A stretch of 64,000 nt of DNA from Chiloscyllium plagiosum (taxonomy: Eukaryota): the NCBI RefSeq assembly GCF_004010195.1, contig NC_057718.1, forward strand, positions 78,846,016 through 78,910,015, in the 5' to 3' direction. This document shows, piece by piece, positions 11,894 to 24,720 of this stretch. Numbering within the stretch: the first letter of the stretch is position 1; every line of letters begins with the position of its first letter. The translations under genes were made by a program, and so were the position numbers. The notes under the pieces were generated by a model. It ran no database searches, was not told the DNA's origin, and saw only the letters and a list, made by a program, of their open reading frames with translations.

Positions 11894-14769
11894 CAGCCTG
11901 TGACCAGTGGAGTGCCCCAAGGATTGATGCTGGGTCCATTACTTTTCGTCATTTATGTAATTGATTTGGACATGAGCATAAGAGATATAGTTAGTAAGTT
12001 TGCAGATGACACCAAAATTGGTGGTGTAGTGGACAGCGAAGAAGGTGACCTCAGAATACAATGGGATCTAAATCAGATGGACCAATGGGCTGAGGAGTGG
12101 CAGATGGAGTTTAACTTAGATAAATGCGAGATACTGCATTCAGTAAAAGCAAATCTGAGCAGGACTTATACATTTAATGGTAAGGTCCTAGGGAGTGTTG
12201 CTGAAAAATAGTCCTTGGAGTGCAGGTTCATAGTTCCTTGAAAGTAGTGTCACAGGTAGATAGGACATTGAAGATGGCGTTTGGTATGCTTTCCTTTATT
12301 GGTCAGAGTATTGAGTCCAGGAGTTGGGAGGTCATGTTGTGGCTGTATACAAGACATTGTTTAGGCCACTTTTGGAGTATTGCATGCAATTCTGGTCTCC
12401 TTCCTATCGGAAAGATGTTGCGAAACCTGAAAGGGTTCAGAAAAGATTTACAAGGGTGTTGCCAGGGTTGGAGGATTTGAGCTATAGGGAGAAGCTGAAC
12501 AGGCTGTGGCTGTTTTCCCTGGAGCTTCGGAGGTTGACGGGTGACCTTATAGAGGTTAACAAAATTATGAGGGGCATGGATAGGGTAAATAGGCAATGTC
12601 TTATCCCTGGGGTCAGGGAGTCCAGAACTAGAGGGCATAGGTTTAAGGTGAGATGGGAAAGATATAAAAGAGACCTACTGGGCAACTTTTTGACACAGAG
12701 GGTGGTACGTGTATGGAATGAGCTGCCAGAGGAAGTGGTGAAGGCTGGTACAATTGCAACATTTAAAAAGCATCTGGATGGGTATATGAATAGGAAGGGT
12801 TTGGAGGGATATGGGCCGGGTGCTGGCAGGTGGAACTAGATTGGGTTGGGATATCTGGTCGGCATGGACAGGTTGGACTGAAGGGTCTGTTTTCATGCTG
12901 TACATCTTTATGACTCTATGACATTACGACAGAAAACAAGTACAAAATATCAAAAAGGATAGCAAAAACTTCAATAGGCATATGAAAGGGAAGAGAGTCG
13001 TTAAAGTGTATGTTGGTCCCTTGGAAGCTGAAATCACAGGGTTAGTAGTGAGGAACAATGAGATGGCAGAGATGCTGAATCATGCTTTGCCTCAGTTTTC
13101 ACAGTGGAGGGTAATAGTATCATTCCTATTGGAACAGACAAGTTCTTGAGGCTATAAAAAAGGTAGATCTTAGAACAATCAACATAGACAGGGAAAAGGT
13201 ACTCAGCAAACTATTAGGACTGAGAGTAGACAAGTCCCCTCGGGCCTGATGGCCTACATCCTTGGGTATTAAAGGAAGTGGTGGCAGAGACAGTGGATTC
13301 CTTAGCTGCGATATTTCAAACTTCCTTGGACATGGGAAAGGTTCCAGTGGATTGGGAAATGGCTAATGTAATGCCCTTATTTAAAAAGTGACAGGGAGGC
13401 AAAATGTGGGAAATTACAGACAGGTTAGTTTAACATCAGTTGTTGGGAAATTGTTAGAATCAATTATCAGGAAAGCAATATCAGGACATTTGGAAAGTCA
13501 AAATGCTATCCATCAGTGTCAATGTGGTTTTATGAAGGGCAAATCATGTTTGACTAATTTGCTAGAGTTCTTCCAAGACATAACAAGCAAAGACGGTAAT
13601 GGGGATCTTGTAGATGTAATACATCTGGTCTTCTGGAAGGCGTTTGATAAGGTGCTGCACAAAAGATTGGATCTTATGGGTTTAGAGGTAATTAATTAGC
13701 TTGGATAGATAACTGGCTGATGGACAGAAAACAGAGAGTTAGGATAAGCTTTTTTTTCTGGATGACAAGATGTAATTAGTGGGGTGGCCACAGGGTTCAG
13801 TCCTTGGACCCCAGCTATTTACAATCTGTATTAATGACTTGGATACAGGGATAGCAGGCTCTATAGCAAAATTTGCGGATGACACAGAAATAGACAGGAT
13901 GGTAAATTGGAATGAGGAAATAAGAACTTTACAAATGGATATAGGTTAGAAGAGTGGGCCAAAATGTGGCAGATGGATTTTAACATGGATTAGTGCTTGG
14001 ATTTAAAAATTGGAAAGGCAACCTATTATCTCAATGAGGAGGGACTTTGGGGCAGAGGGATCTAGGTTTACTCATTCATGAGTCACAGAAAACTAGCATG
14101 CAGGCACAGCAGATAATAAATAAAGCGAATGAAATAGAATATAAAAGTAAGAAAGTATTGTTGCAAGTATACAAGGTATTAGTGAGACTGCACCTGGAGT
14201 ATTATGAACTGTTTCGGTCCCTTTGTTTTTGAGGAAAGATGTAGTGGCATTGGAGGCAGTTCAGAGGAGGTTCACTAGATTGATCCCAGAGATGAGGGGT
14301 TTGTCTTATGAAGAAAGATTGAACAGTTTAGGCCTATCCTGTCTGGAATTTACAAGAATGAGGGGAGATCAAATTGAGGTATTCCAGATGATGAAAGAAG
14401 TGGATAAAATAGACGCGGAGCGGATGCTTCCTCTGCAGGCCATCCTAGGACAAGAGATCATAGTCTTAGGATAAAGGGTACCAAATTCAAAATAGAGTTG
14501 AGGAGAAACTACTTCTCCCAAAGGGCTGTGAATCTGTGGAATTCGCTACCCCAAAAGTGTGGTGGATGCTGGGACAGTGAGTAAATTTAAGGAGAATTTA
14601 GACAGATTTTTTTATTGGTAATGGGTTGAAGCTTTAAGGATAGAAAGTAGGAAAATGGGAGCAAGGAACATATCAGCCATAATAGAATGGTGGAGCAGAC
14701 TTGATGGGCCGAATTGCCTAATTCTGCTCCTATATTTTATGAACTTTAGAGAGGCAAGGTATCCACAGT

Positions 14770-15120
14770 ATGGTGGCACAGTAGTTAGCACCCCTGCCTC
14801 ACAGTGCCAGGGACCTAGATTCGATTTCATCCTCAGGCAATTACGTGTGGAGTTCGAACATTCTCCCCAAGTCTATGTGGGTTTCCGTTGAATGTTCTGG
14901 TTTTCTCCCATAGCCCAAAGATTTGCAGGTTAAGTGAATTGGCCATGCTAAATTGCCATAACATCCATGGATGTGTAGGCTAGGTGGATTAGCCATGGTA
15001 AATGAGGGGTTACAGGGATTGGGGGGTGTACAAGGGTTTGGGTCGGATGCTCTTCAGAGGATCAGTGCACACTCAATGGACTGGATGGCCTCTATCAGCA
15101 CCATGGGAATTCTATTCTAT
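14770..15120 (+). mobile_element. HE1-type V-SINE (older)
   Basis: Same head, V-domain and tail as 10550-10880, more diverged. Confidence 0.85.
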
Positions 15121-15663
15121 TTGGATTTGGTCCTTGGACACTTTAGGTAGAGGTAATGTACTTTATGAAAGGTAAGGCTCACTTTGGGAGAGGCAAGGTA
15201 TCTTTCAGTTGAGGTAAGTCACCCTTTTGTGGAGTTAAAGCACACTCTAAGAGAGGTAAGAAACCCTTTGAAATTTTGAAAAGGCATATTTGTAAGTTTT
15301 TAAAAAATGTATAAATGCTTTGTAACTAGCAAAGTTGTCAAGAAAATATCCAAAAGTGAAATGGAATTGAATAATTGCTATTTTCAGAAATATGATGAGA
15401 CTTCTGCTGCACAACTGATTTCCCAAACCAGTATTTGCATAATTTATTGACAAAATGCATCTTGAGCAGAAATGTTTATTGACATCAGGGATTAAGCATT
15501 TAAAAGTGAAATGCTGTCATAGTACCTCCTGAGGTATATCTGTGCTGGATAGTAGAGCGTTGCCATGGTGAGTGAAGAGTAAAGGACGGTAAAGGTTCCT
15601 TTTCTATGCTTTAACTAATGCCACAAAAAAAGGCAACTAATTGTTCAAACATGATGTGAGAGA

Positions 15664-18600
15664 GTGAGACATCCCGTTCACTCTGAGAGCTGGCTCTGAG
15701 GGAGTTGGATCAGTGTCAAAGACTCTCCATGTATAAATAAAGGGTGACTTGATAATAAAACACTAGCTTCTATGGAGCTATTTCAGTAGCGATGAGAGAA
15801 AAGCAAGGTCCTGAAGAAATTTGCTTGCAATAGTCATCTTTGAATTGAGTTAAACATTTCTGACGTCATGCCGTTATTTGGGAAGCTTGACTCGTTTGAT
15901 CCTGCCATCAAAGACTAGGCCAAATGTGTGGAAAGAATGCAATGTATTTTCAGCAAATAGCATTGGGGCAGATGAAAGGAAACAAGTATTTGATAGCTTG
16001 TAGAATCCCAGCTGTTTGGTTATTAGGAGCAGTATTTTCCCTGAGGTGCCAGATGCTAACTCTTTCAAGAGTCGACAGATTTCGATGAAGAATATTACGA
16101 CTTCAAGCCTCCTCCATTCTGAGAGGTTATTGGTTTTATTCAGCAATTCAAGAACCAGGGTTATCCGTATTAAGATCTTTGACGGGGTTACAACAACCGC
16201 AGAATTTATGACTTTGGTTTAACCCTTAATGAGATCATGAGAGACCATTAAGTATGTGGAATTAATGATGTAACCATGCAAATGCACTCATTAGCTGAAG
16301 CCCAACTGGACTTCAAACTCCAACTGGCTTTGTCATCAGAAAATACAACAAGTGAAGCTTATGAGTTACAGGGTATTCTGATGGAAGTGGACATTCTCAA
16401 CAGGTTGACTGAGCTTGGATAACACCATTTGAGTGAAGGCAATTGAAGCCTCATTTAGGAGACATCCTGAACAGAGGGACTCTAGGTCAGCCCACAGCAA
16501 AACCCTAAAACAAAACCAAGCCTCAGCCAAATGGTTATAATTTTCTTCAGGTTCCGGGCCAATAAGCCATTGTAGTTGCTGCTGGCGTGCAGAATTGAAA
16601 CAGCAAAAGAGGCCCACTAGACCGAAGGTGAATAAGAAAACTCATAGGTTGGTATCCAGGAGAGTGGACACCCTGGAAAGTCCACCTAAACCTGGTTTGT
16701 AACATTAAATTGTTTAGCAATATCCAAATCAGAACCAATTAAAATAAATATCTGGTTAAATAGTAACCCGGTTCTCATAGAGATCAATACCTGATTTGGC
16801 CGTTTCTGTGATTGCAGACCCACTCAAACCTTAAGTATGTGCAAGATTGAGAACCTATTCCAGGAACCGTTACAGATTAAGGATACAATTTCAGTTCCAG
16901 TCTCTTATGAGAAACAGCTAGTTCAGTTACCAGTGATTGGAATAAAAAGGTCAGGCCCAAGCTTGATGGAGCGAAATTAGTTGAGAAAGGTTCACCTTGA
17001 CTGGTTCTTCTTTTTCAATGAGAAAATGGCTGTCTGAATGAAATCTTAATTAAATACACAGAAATTTTTCAAGAAGGTGTAGAGACTATCAAAAGAGCAA
17101 AGACCACCTTGCATGTTGACCAAGATGCAATTTGATGACTGTGCAAGTCATGTCCAGTGCCATTTGTCTTATGGGCAAAAGTAGAGGCAGAAATCAGAAG
17201 CTAGAAAGGGAAGGAATCATCAAACCAGTGGGCAGCTTCAGTCATACTGATTAAGAGGCCTGATGGGTTGTTTGCCTTTGTGGGGATTTTTAAAGACCAG
17301 TAAACCACTTTTCACTGGATAATTACCCTTACATAGAGGATTTATGTGCAAAGCATGCAGGAGGGCTGTCATTTATAAAGCTGAACATGAGCTACGCATA
17401 TATGGAATTGCAGTTAGATGAGGATTCCCAGATATATGCTACAATTAATACCCAGAAAGGTTTGTATCAATATATGAGACTGCCATTTGGGGTATCATCA
17501 GCCTGTGCCATTTTTCAATGGATGATGGACAGCATTTTACAAGATCTACCCCAGGCTGCCATTTATTGAGATGAAGCGCGATGAGCAGAGCAAATCAATA
17601 AGGAGCACTTAGAAAACTTGGACATAGTCTTTAGACATTTCTCCCAGCGGAGTGTATGCTGCAGAAGGGAAAAGTATGTGATGTAGGCACCCTAAGTGAC
17701 CTATTTGAGCGACTGAGTCGATAAAGTGGATTGCATCTGTTGGAAGATAATGTGAGAGCAATCAAAGGTGCCCCGGCTCCCATGTCTATACAGGCTCAGG
17801 TCTTTCCTTGGGTTGTAAATTATTATGGAAAGTTCATACGTAACGTGGCCTGGCACTTTTGCATCAATTCTTAAAAAAGAGTCAGCCTGGGAAACGGTCA
17901 CATAGTCAAGCCATAGCTTCCAGGAAAGTGAAGAAACAGCTATCATCCTCTAAAGTGTTGGCACACTATGATCCCAAGTAAGACCTGGTATTGACATGAG
18001 ATGCCTCCACGTATGGCATTGGAGTAGTATTAGCTCATAGGTGGCCCAATGGAGAAGAATGCCCAACAGCGTATACATCCAGGAGTTTGGCTAATGAAGA
18101 GTGTAAATACACCCAGATAGAGAAGGAAGGTTTGGTGGTCATATTTGGAGTCAGGAAGTTCCACCAATATCTTTACAGATGTAAAGTTGTAATAGCAACG
18201 AACCACAAACTCCTGCTAGGTCTCCTTAAGAGGACAAGGCAGTGCTGCCATAGCTGCAGGCCAAATTCACCACTGGATACTAATTCTAATTGCAAATAAT
18301 TACAAGTTAGAACACCACCTGGGAGCCCAATTAGCAAATATGAATGCATTGAGCCACCTCCAATTGACAGATACACCACCGGTGGTACCACCGTTGGAAG
18401 AGTTCGTAATGGTTTTAAATTTTCTGGACACCTTTCCAGTCATAATTGACAATGTCAGACTTTGGATGCAGAAAGATCCGGTCCTGGCAAAACCAAGATA
18501 GCTAGTGGTGATGGGGGAGACCAAAAGGACATCACAACCAGAATTGAAACCTTTTTGGACCTGGCAGGATCAGATCACAGTACAGGATGGCATATTATTA

Positions 18601-20030
18601 AGTGGCCCAAGAGTGATTGTTCCAAGCAAAGGTGCTGGCTGAACTCCACCAGGCTCATCCAGGGGTGTCCAACATGAAGAGGTTTGCAAGACGTTATGTC
18701 TAATGGCCAGGAATGGATGCAGACATTGGTAGAGCAGTGCCCAGAATGCCAACAAGGACAAAAGATATTGTCACCAGCTCCCTCACATTTGGGGAAATGG
18801 CTGGGTAAACTCTGGACTCAGTTATGTGTCGACTATGTAGGTCCTTTAATGGGGTCAATGTTCTTAGTCATTGTTGATGCCCACTCAAAATGACTGGATG
18901 TGCATAGATTTCATTTGTCAAACTTGGGAAGGACAAAAAAAAGTGCATATCTTTTGCAAAACACTGACTCCTAGAAGTGTTTGTCGCAAATAACTAGCTG
19001 TCATTTACCAGCAGGGAATTTGAATATTTTCTGAAGTCGAATGGTATCTGACATATCTGACAACTCCATACCACACATCATCCTATGGTCTGGCAGAAAC
19101 AGCAGTCCAAATGTTGAAGGCAGGCTTAAAAAAGCAACCTACAGCTTCACGAGATACCAAATTGTCCTGAATTGTTTATCGGACGATCTCTCATGCAACT
19201 ACAGGCATAGTTCCAGCAAGTTGCTAACAGGGAGAAGACTCCACACCAGGTTATATCTGATCTTCCTGGACTGGGGGAGGGGGTGGAGAGAGCAAAAAGA
19301 CATCAAGAATGCCAATGCTGGGATAACACTCTGCTAATCAAGAGAGACAACTTCTTCAGGGAATGAAACTTGGTGTAGGAGCAACAGGAATGGCCTAGTA
19401 AGAGGCAGGCCAACCTGAGGTTAGGACCAGAGTTCAGATAGGTATGATGGTCCCGAACAAGTATGTGGACTACCTGAAAGCTACAAACTCGCAAACAGTA
19501 CGGTGCTTGGCTCCTCAACAGCCATTCCAGAACCTGTGCAGTGTCCTTCTCTGTCGGTTGTTTAAGAAACCTCAAAATCCAAGGTGGACACGGTGGATGT
19601 CACTGCCTCGATGCCCTTGCTGCTTGAAGAGGAGAATGAATTTCTTCCGAGATACTCCACATGCAAGAGGTGAGCCACTGTGTGTTACATGCTGCCCGTA
19701 TCAGAGGCAATGTTGGAGGAATATGACCCAATGCTAAAACAGGAGAAGCTGCAGAAAAAAATCAGCCTATACCTTGAACTCAGACGGGGAGGAATGTAAT
19801 GATTGAAACGAGGTCAGCCAGTTGGACCTGATAGAATACGAGTTCCCTGATTGGACCAGATTAATAGGCCCAATTAGGGAGCCCTGGTTGACAGATATAA
19901 ACAGGATTGTCAGACATTCTGTTCACTCTGAGAGCTGGCTCTGAAGGAGGTGGATCAGTGTCAAAACTTCTCCACATGGAAATAAAAGGTGATTTGGTGA
20001 TGGGATACCAGCCTCTGCGAAATTATTTCA
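15664..20030 (+). mobile_element. Decayed near-full-length Gypsy/Ty3 (Mag-like) LTR retrotransposon
   Basis: Partial 5' LTR ending TTTCA at 15785, then PBS-like GTAGCGATGAG. Gag start MPLFGKLDSFDP at 15868. RT (LYQYMRLPFGVSSACAIFQ), RNase H (YTQIEKEGLVVIFGVRKFHQYL) and integrase (CPECQ..VDYVGPLMGSMFLVIVDAHSK). PPT GGGGAGGAA, then a full 3' LTR TG..CA at 19795-20030. Many stops. Confidence 0.9.
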
Positions 20031-20296
20031 GCTTCCTATTTTGAGATTTAACTATGTTTCTGGAAGCTGTATAAGCCATTCCCTTTATCTAGTGCAATAT
20101 TTAAGTTTTTTGTTAAGCATGTTGATTCAATTTTTCATTTTGATATTTGTACCTTAGTGTATATCTGTTGTAGGTCTCCCAGTATTTCTTTAAATATTGG
20201 CCACATGACATTGCACCACTTCCTGTGATGTACCCTGAAGCCTTTGTATTTACCACTTTACACCACATCTGAACCCAAGTCTCTGTACTCACCGTG

Positions 20297-20625
20297 TGGG
20301 CAGCATGGTGGCACAGTGGTTAGCACTGCTGCCTCACAGTGCCTGAGACCTGGGTTCAATTCCCGCCTCAGGCGACTGACTGTGTGGAGTTTGCACGTTC
20401 TCCTCGTGTCTGTGTGGGTTTCCTCCGGGTGCTCCGGTTTCCTCCCACAGTCCAAAAATGTTCATGTCAGGTGAATTGGCCATGCTAAATTGCCCGTAGT
20501 GTTAGGTAAGAGGTAAATGTAGGGGTATGGGTGGGTTGCACTTCAGCGGGTCAGTGTGGGGCTTGTTGGGCCGAAGGGCCTGTTTCCACACTGTAATGTA
20601 ATGCAATCTAATCTAATCTAATCTA
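20297..20625 (+). mobile_element. HE1-type V-SINE (full length, relatively young)
   Basis: Intact A/B boxes, V-domain and (aatct)n tail. Confidence 0.92.
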
Positions 20626-20939
20626 CCTGTTAAGTTGCATTATTCCCAACTAAAGTCACTGCCTTCCATTTCTTTTATATAATGAACCACAATGGCAATT
20701 TTACTGGTCCAACCTAAGGTGTTCTCAGCTCCTTTGAAGGAAACAGGAATTCAAGTGCTCTTTGTGGTGTACAGTAGGAGAATCAACAGATGACACTAGT
20801 TCAGCAATCATGTCATTGTCTGGATCCCATATTGATTGCAACATTTCTGGTCTGTCTGACTCTGCTGATGAATGCTTCCATTGTGACGAAGTGTACATGC
20901 AGCACTGGCCAGACTACAGCTGAAAAACTGTGGACAGTT

Positions 20940-21445
20940 TTAATCTGCTTATCTAAGTAAAGATATTGGAGGCAGTCCAAAGAGGTCCATTAGATTGATC
21001 TGGGTATGGAGGGGTTGAGTAGGTTGTGCTTGTACTCATTAGCGTTTAGGAGAATGTGAAAATAGTTGATTGTTAGAGGTCTTGATAGGGTCAATGTCCA
21101 GAGGTTACTTTCTTTTGTAGGAGAGTCTAGGACCAGAGGGCATAATCTCAGAATAAGGAGGTGACCATTTAAGACAAAGATCAGAAGGATATTTTCTTTT
21201 AGAGGATGATGAGTCAGAGGAATTCTTTACCACAGAAGGCTGGTGATGCTGGGATCATTAAGTATTTTCAAGACTGAGATAGACAGATTTCTAATCAGTA
21301 GAGAATCAAGGATTATGGGGAAAAGGCAGAAAGATGGAGTCGAGTATTACCAGGTTAGTCGTGATCTCAATAAGTGGCAGAGTGGACTCTATGGGCTGAA
21401 TGGCCTATTTCTGCTCCTACAATTTGTGGTTTTAAAGTCTTATGG
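20940..21445 (+). mobile_element. CR1 3' fragment
   Basis: FKTEIDRFLIS motif and 3' UTR gggctgaatggcctatttctgctccta. Confidence 0.8.
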
Positions 21446-21939
21446 AAACTAGTGCCACAGTTCTATTGCACTGTGGCATTTTCAATTTAAATGAGGTAAG
21501 ACAGTGGATGTAGTATCTGTTCTACCATTTGTCCAAAATAAGTTTTGTATCAATTCCAGATTGCTTCTCTCAATTCAAGCTCTGCATGCTTCACTACATT
21601 TGTCACAGTTCCACATCTGACTAGTACAGTACTCATTCTTTTATTCCCTCACATTTATCAAATCACCATCTCATACATGTGGCTTTAGTAAACATGGGAT
21701 TCTAGAAAGTTGATTTCTCAGTCCTCCTGTGAGGACTTCACATGACTCAATGATTTTGGAGTGGAATTGAATGATAGCTCAAAATTGCAAGTTGAATGTT
21801 ATTGTTCTTTAGCAATGCTTTCCTCTTTCAGCTTCACAGTTTGAGGGTATCTTGGTGAGTTAGTAATAGAATAAATCCATATGATGTTGTGAGCTCTTTA
21901 AAGTATGTATTGGTAAACTATGGTCCAATGTCTGAGATT

Positions 21940-22065
21940 CCAAAAGAAGGACTTATGCCTGAAACGTCGATTCTCCTGCTCCTCAGATGCTGCCTGGCCT
22001 GCTGTGTTTTTCCAGCATCACATTTTTCAACTCTGGTCTCTAGTATCTGTAGTCCTCACTTTCTC
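21940..22065 (+). mobile_element. ~126-bp miniature Penelope family 2 insertion (decayed hammerhead + tail)
   Basis: Exact 15-bp TSD CCAATGTCTGAGATT at 21925-21939 and 22066-22080. Confidence 0.85.
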
Positions 22066-22094
22066 CCAATGTCTGAGATTACAAAGTAACTGTC

Positions 22095-23010
22095 ATGGAG
22101 TCATAGAGTCATGCAGCATGGAAGCAGACTCATCCAACTTATCCGTGCCGACCAAATATACTCAACTGAACTAGTCCCATTTGTCTGTGTTTGGCTCATA
22201 TCCCTCTAAACCTTTCCTATTCATGTACCTGTCAAAATGTTTTTTAAATGTTGTAACTGTAATTGTAACTGCCTCTACCCCACCTCCTCTGACAGCTCAT
22301 TCCATACACTTACCACCTGCTGTGTGAAAAAGTTGTCTTTTAGGTCGCTGTTAAATATTATCCCCTCTCCTTAAATCTCTAGTTTTGGTCTCCCTTACCC
22401 TTGAAAAGAAATGTTGTCTATTCACCCCCATGATTTTATAAACCTATATAAGGTCACCCCTCAGCCTCCGATGTTCCAGAGAATAAAATCGTAGCCTATC
22501 CAGCCTCTCCTAATAACTCAAACCCTCCAGTCCTGGAAACATCTTTGTAAATTTGAAATATTCTAAATATCTCTTTCAGTGATATAATCAATGTTTCAAA
22601 ATGTGATTCTGAAGTTGTTTGACTTCAATTTATCTTAAGTGGTCATAGAGTCAAACAGCATGGAAACAGACCACGGAAACAGTTCAACCAATCCATGCTG
22701 ACCATAATCCCAAACTAAACCACTCTCATCTGCCTGCATATGGTCCACATCCCTTCAAACATTTTTCATTCATGCACTTATCCAATGTCTTTTAAACATT
22801 GTAACTGTACCTGCATCCACCACTTCCTCTGGAAATTCATTCCACATACGAACCACTCTCTGTTTTAAAAAGTTGCCCTCGTGTCTTTTTAAAATTTTTC
22901 TCTTTTCTTCTTGAAAATATGCCCCCTGTCTTGAAATCACACACACTATGGAAAAGACACTTGCCATTCACCTTATCTATACCTCTCATTATTGTATAAT
23001 CCTCTATATC
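22095..23010 (-). mobile_element. Two tandem CR1 3' fragments (22095-22555 and 22643-23010)
   Basis: Each has a gtcatagagtca tail and QRVVRMWNEFPEEVV-type sequence on the minus strand. Confidence 0.85.
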
Positions 23011-23724
23011 AAAAAGATTTTGCCTCAGTGTTTATGGATGTTGATCCCAAGTTGTTCCTGTAGTTTTGATGGAAAAAAAGGACATCAATGATTGTCTTGT
23101 CTCCTGATGATGAATTGTACAGTTTACAGTTTAGTCAAACTGGTTATCTCTGAAATAGCCCTGCAAGTGCAATCTTAGGAATCTTGTCTCGGGGAAGAAA
23201 CAAAACTTGCTGGACGCAAACAATTATTGGGGAGTCCATGATGGAGAGGTTAATGAGGTAATTCCAATACTAGATCTTTGTGGGTGAAGAACTAGCATGC
23301 CTTGTGAACGTGACAAAAGTTTATTGAGATTTGTGACAATGTCATTAACATAAGAGATGCTGAGAAATCTGTGAGACTTGTCCTGGCTGCATTTGCTATT
23401 TGAAGTGCTTTGTGCAGCATTTTATCTCAGGTTGTCTGTTATTCACTTTACTCATATTAACTCTGGACGCTATAGTATATTTTATATATTGTAAATTATT
23501 TCACAGTTCTAACTTTGTACAGTCAACTTTATTTCATTTGTTCAAAACCATTGAATAGTGTGACTTTACTCTACTATTTCTTCAATGGCAGAGAAAACGA
23601 TGCCACTAAATTTTCAAGCCTGCCAAGTGACCATTCTGAATGCGTCATGTTGCTGCACATCCACCTCCAAGACCAGCAGCATTCAATTGTCATGCTCAGA
23701 CAATGAATGCTAACCCAGTTGATA

Positions 23725-24005
23725 AACATAAACAGGAAGCAAAAGCAGACCATTCAGCAACTGCAGCCTACTCCGCCATTCAATAAGATCACGGTTGATC
23801 TAATTTTAACCTCAAATCCATATTTGCATTTATCCCCGATAAACTTTCACACCTTTATTTACCAAGAATCTGTCTACTTTTGTCTTAAAAATACGCAAGG
23901 ACTCTTTTTGTATCACCTTTTCAGGAAGACAGTTTCAAATGTTCAAGGCCTCTGAGAGAAAAATAATTACCTAATCTGTTTTAAATGTGCAATCTTTCAC
24001 TTTTG
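23725..24005 (-). mobile_element. Old CR1 3' fragment
   Basis: aacataaacaggaagcaaaagcagaccattcagc tail resembles the other minus-strand CR1 ends. Confidence 0.6.
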
Positions 24006-24009
24006 TAGC

Positions 24010-24720
24010 ATGACAAAGGTAAGTTCTACACAGATCTCTGCGAACTCATCTAGAATTCTCCTCCTAAGGATAAAGTTGTCATCCTCAGTGATTTGAACTC
24101 AAGAACTGACCATTGCAACCTGGCAGGAAGGGAATACTCAGAAACAATTCGTTTGAAAACTGCAATAAAAATGGATGGAAACTCTTAGAATTTTATGCAG
24201 AAAGACAATTGTCCATAACCAACTCCTTTTGGCAGCAAAGAAAAATTATTTCTACACCATATTGTTCAAAGCACCAGCATCTGCTGGTGTACTTGTGCGA
24301 CCTAAAGGATATCCTACATACTGCTGAGATAACTAATGCTGACCGTCATACAGACCAATGCTTACTCACTCAAAGATGAAGTTCCATCTCAAGCCTAAGT
24401 CCAAGAACAGATCTCAAGACAACCCATCAAAGAAATTTGAGTCAATAACCTGCAAACCTCATCTTGCAGAGACAGATGTCAAGCAATCGAACAGACCAGA
24501 TTAAAATGCCCTGATTTCACTGCTAATTCCACTTCTGGAGAACTCTGGGGACACAGCTCCAGTACTGAGTACTTTAGATTAGATCATTAGACACAGTACC
24601 AAGAGGAACAGGAACTGATTTGATGAAAATAACAAGGGAATTCAAGATGCGCTAGTAATAAAAAATATCAGCTCATCATCAGGTTCACGTTTTTCAGCCA
24701 GTTAGCCAAGAGAAAAAGTC
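24010..24720 (+). mobile_element. RTE-clade LINE fragment (AP endonuclease C-terminal half and linker)
   Basis: DKVVILSDLNSR, NKNGWKLLEFYAERQLSITNSF, TDQCLL (TDH motif) and N*FDEN (WFDEN) remnants. Confidence 0.7.

Larger units (their letters stand above)
9835..12921 (+). mobile_element. Younger CR1 (HER1-like) LINE copies nested in the older CR1
   Basis: ORFs with NYRPVSLTSVVGKL, DFSKAFDKVPH, GVPQG..LGPLLF..KFADD and EYCMQFWSP..QKRFTR. 3' tail (tatgactc)n at about 12908-12921. Two partly overlapping copies meet near the gap at 11687-11794. Confidence 0.9.
8560..14745 (+). mobile_element. Older CR1 LINE ORF2 (endonuclease end through RT and 3' UTR), disrupted by PLE, younger CR1 and SINE insertions
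   Basis: LGSSDH endonuclease motif at about 8875. After the insertions it continues with KSPGPDG, NYRQVSLTSVVGKLLESII, GKSCLTNLLEFF, KFADD and QRRFTRLIP. Confidence 0.85.

Noticed and set aside
15559..15573. X-box-like GTTGCCATGG overlapping ATG|GTGAGT on +
   Set aside because: Only a partial RFX palindrome and no downstream + strand exons found; likely chance.
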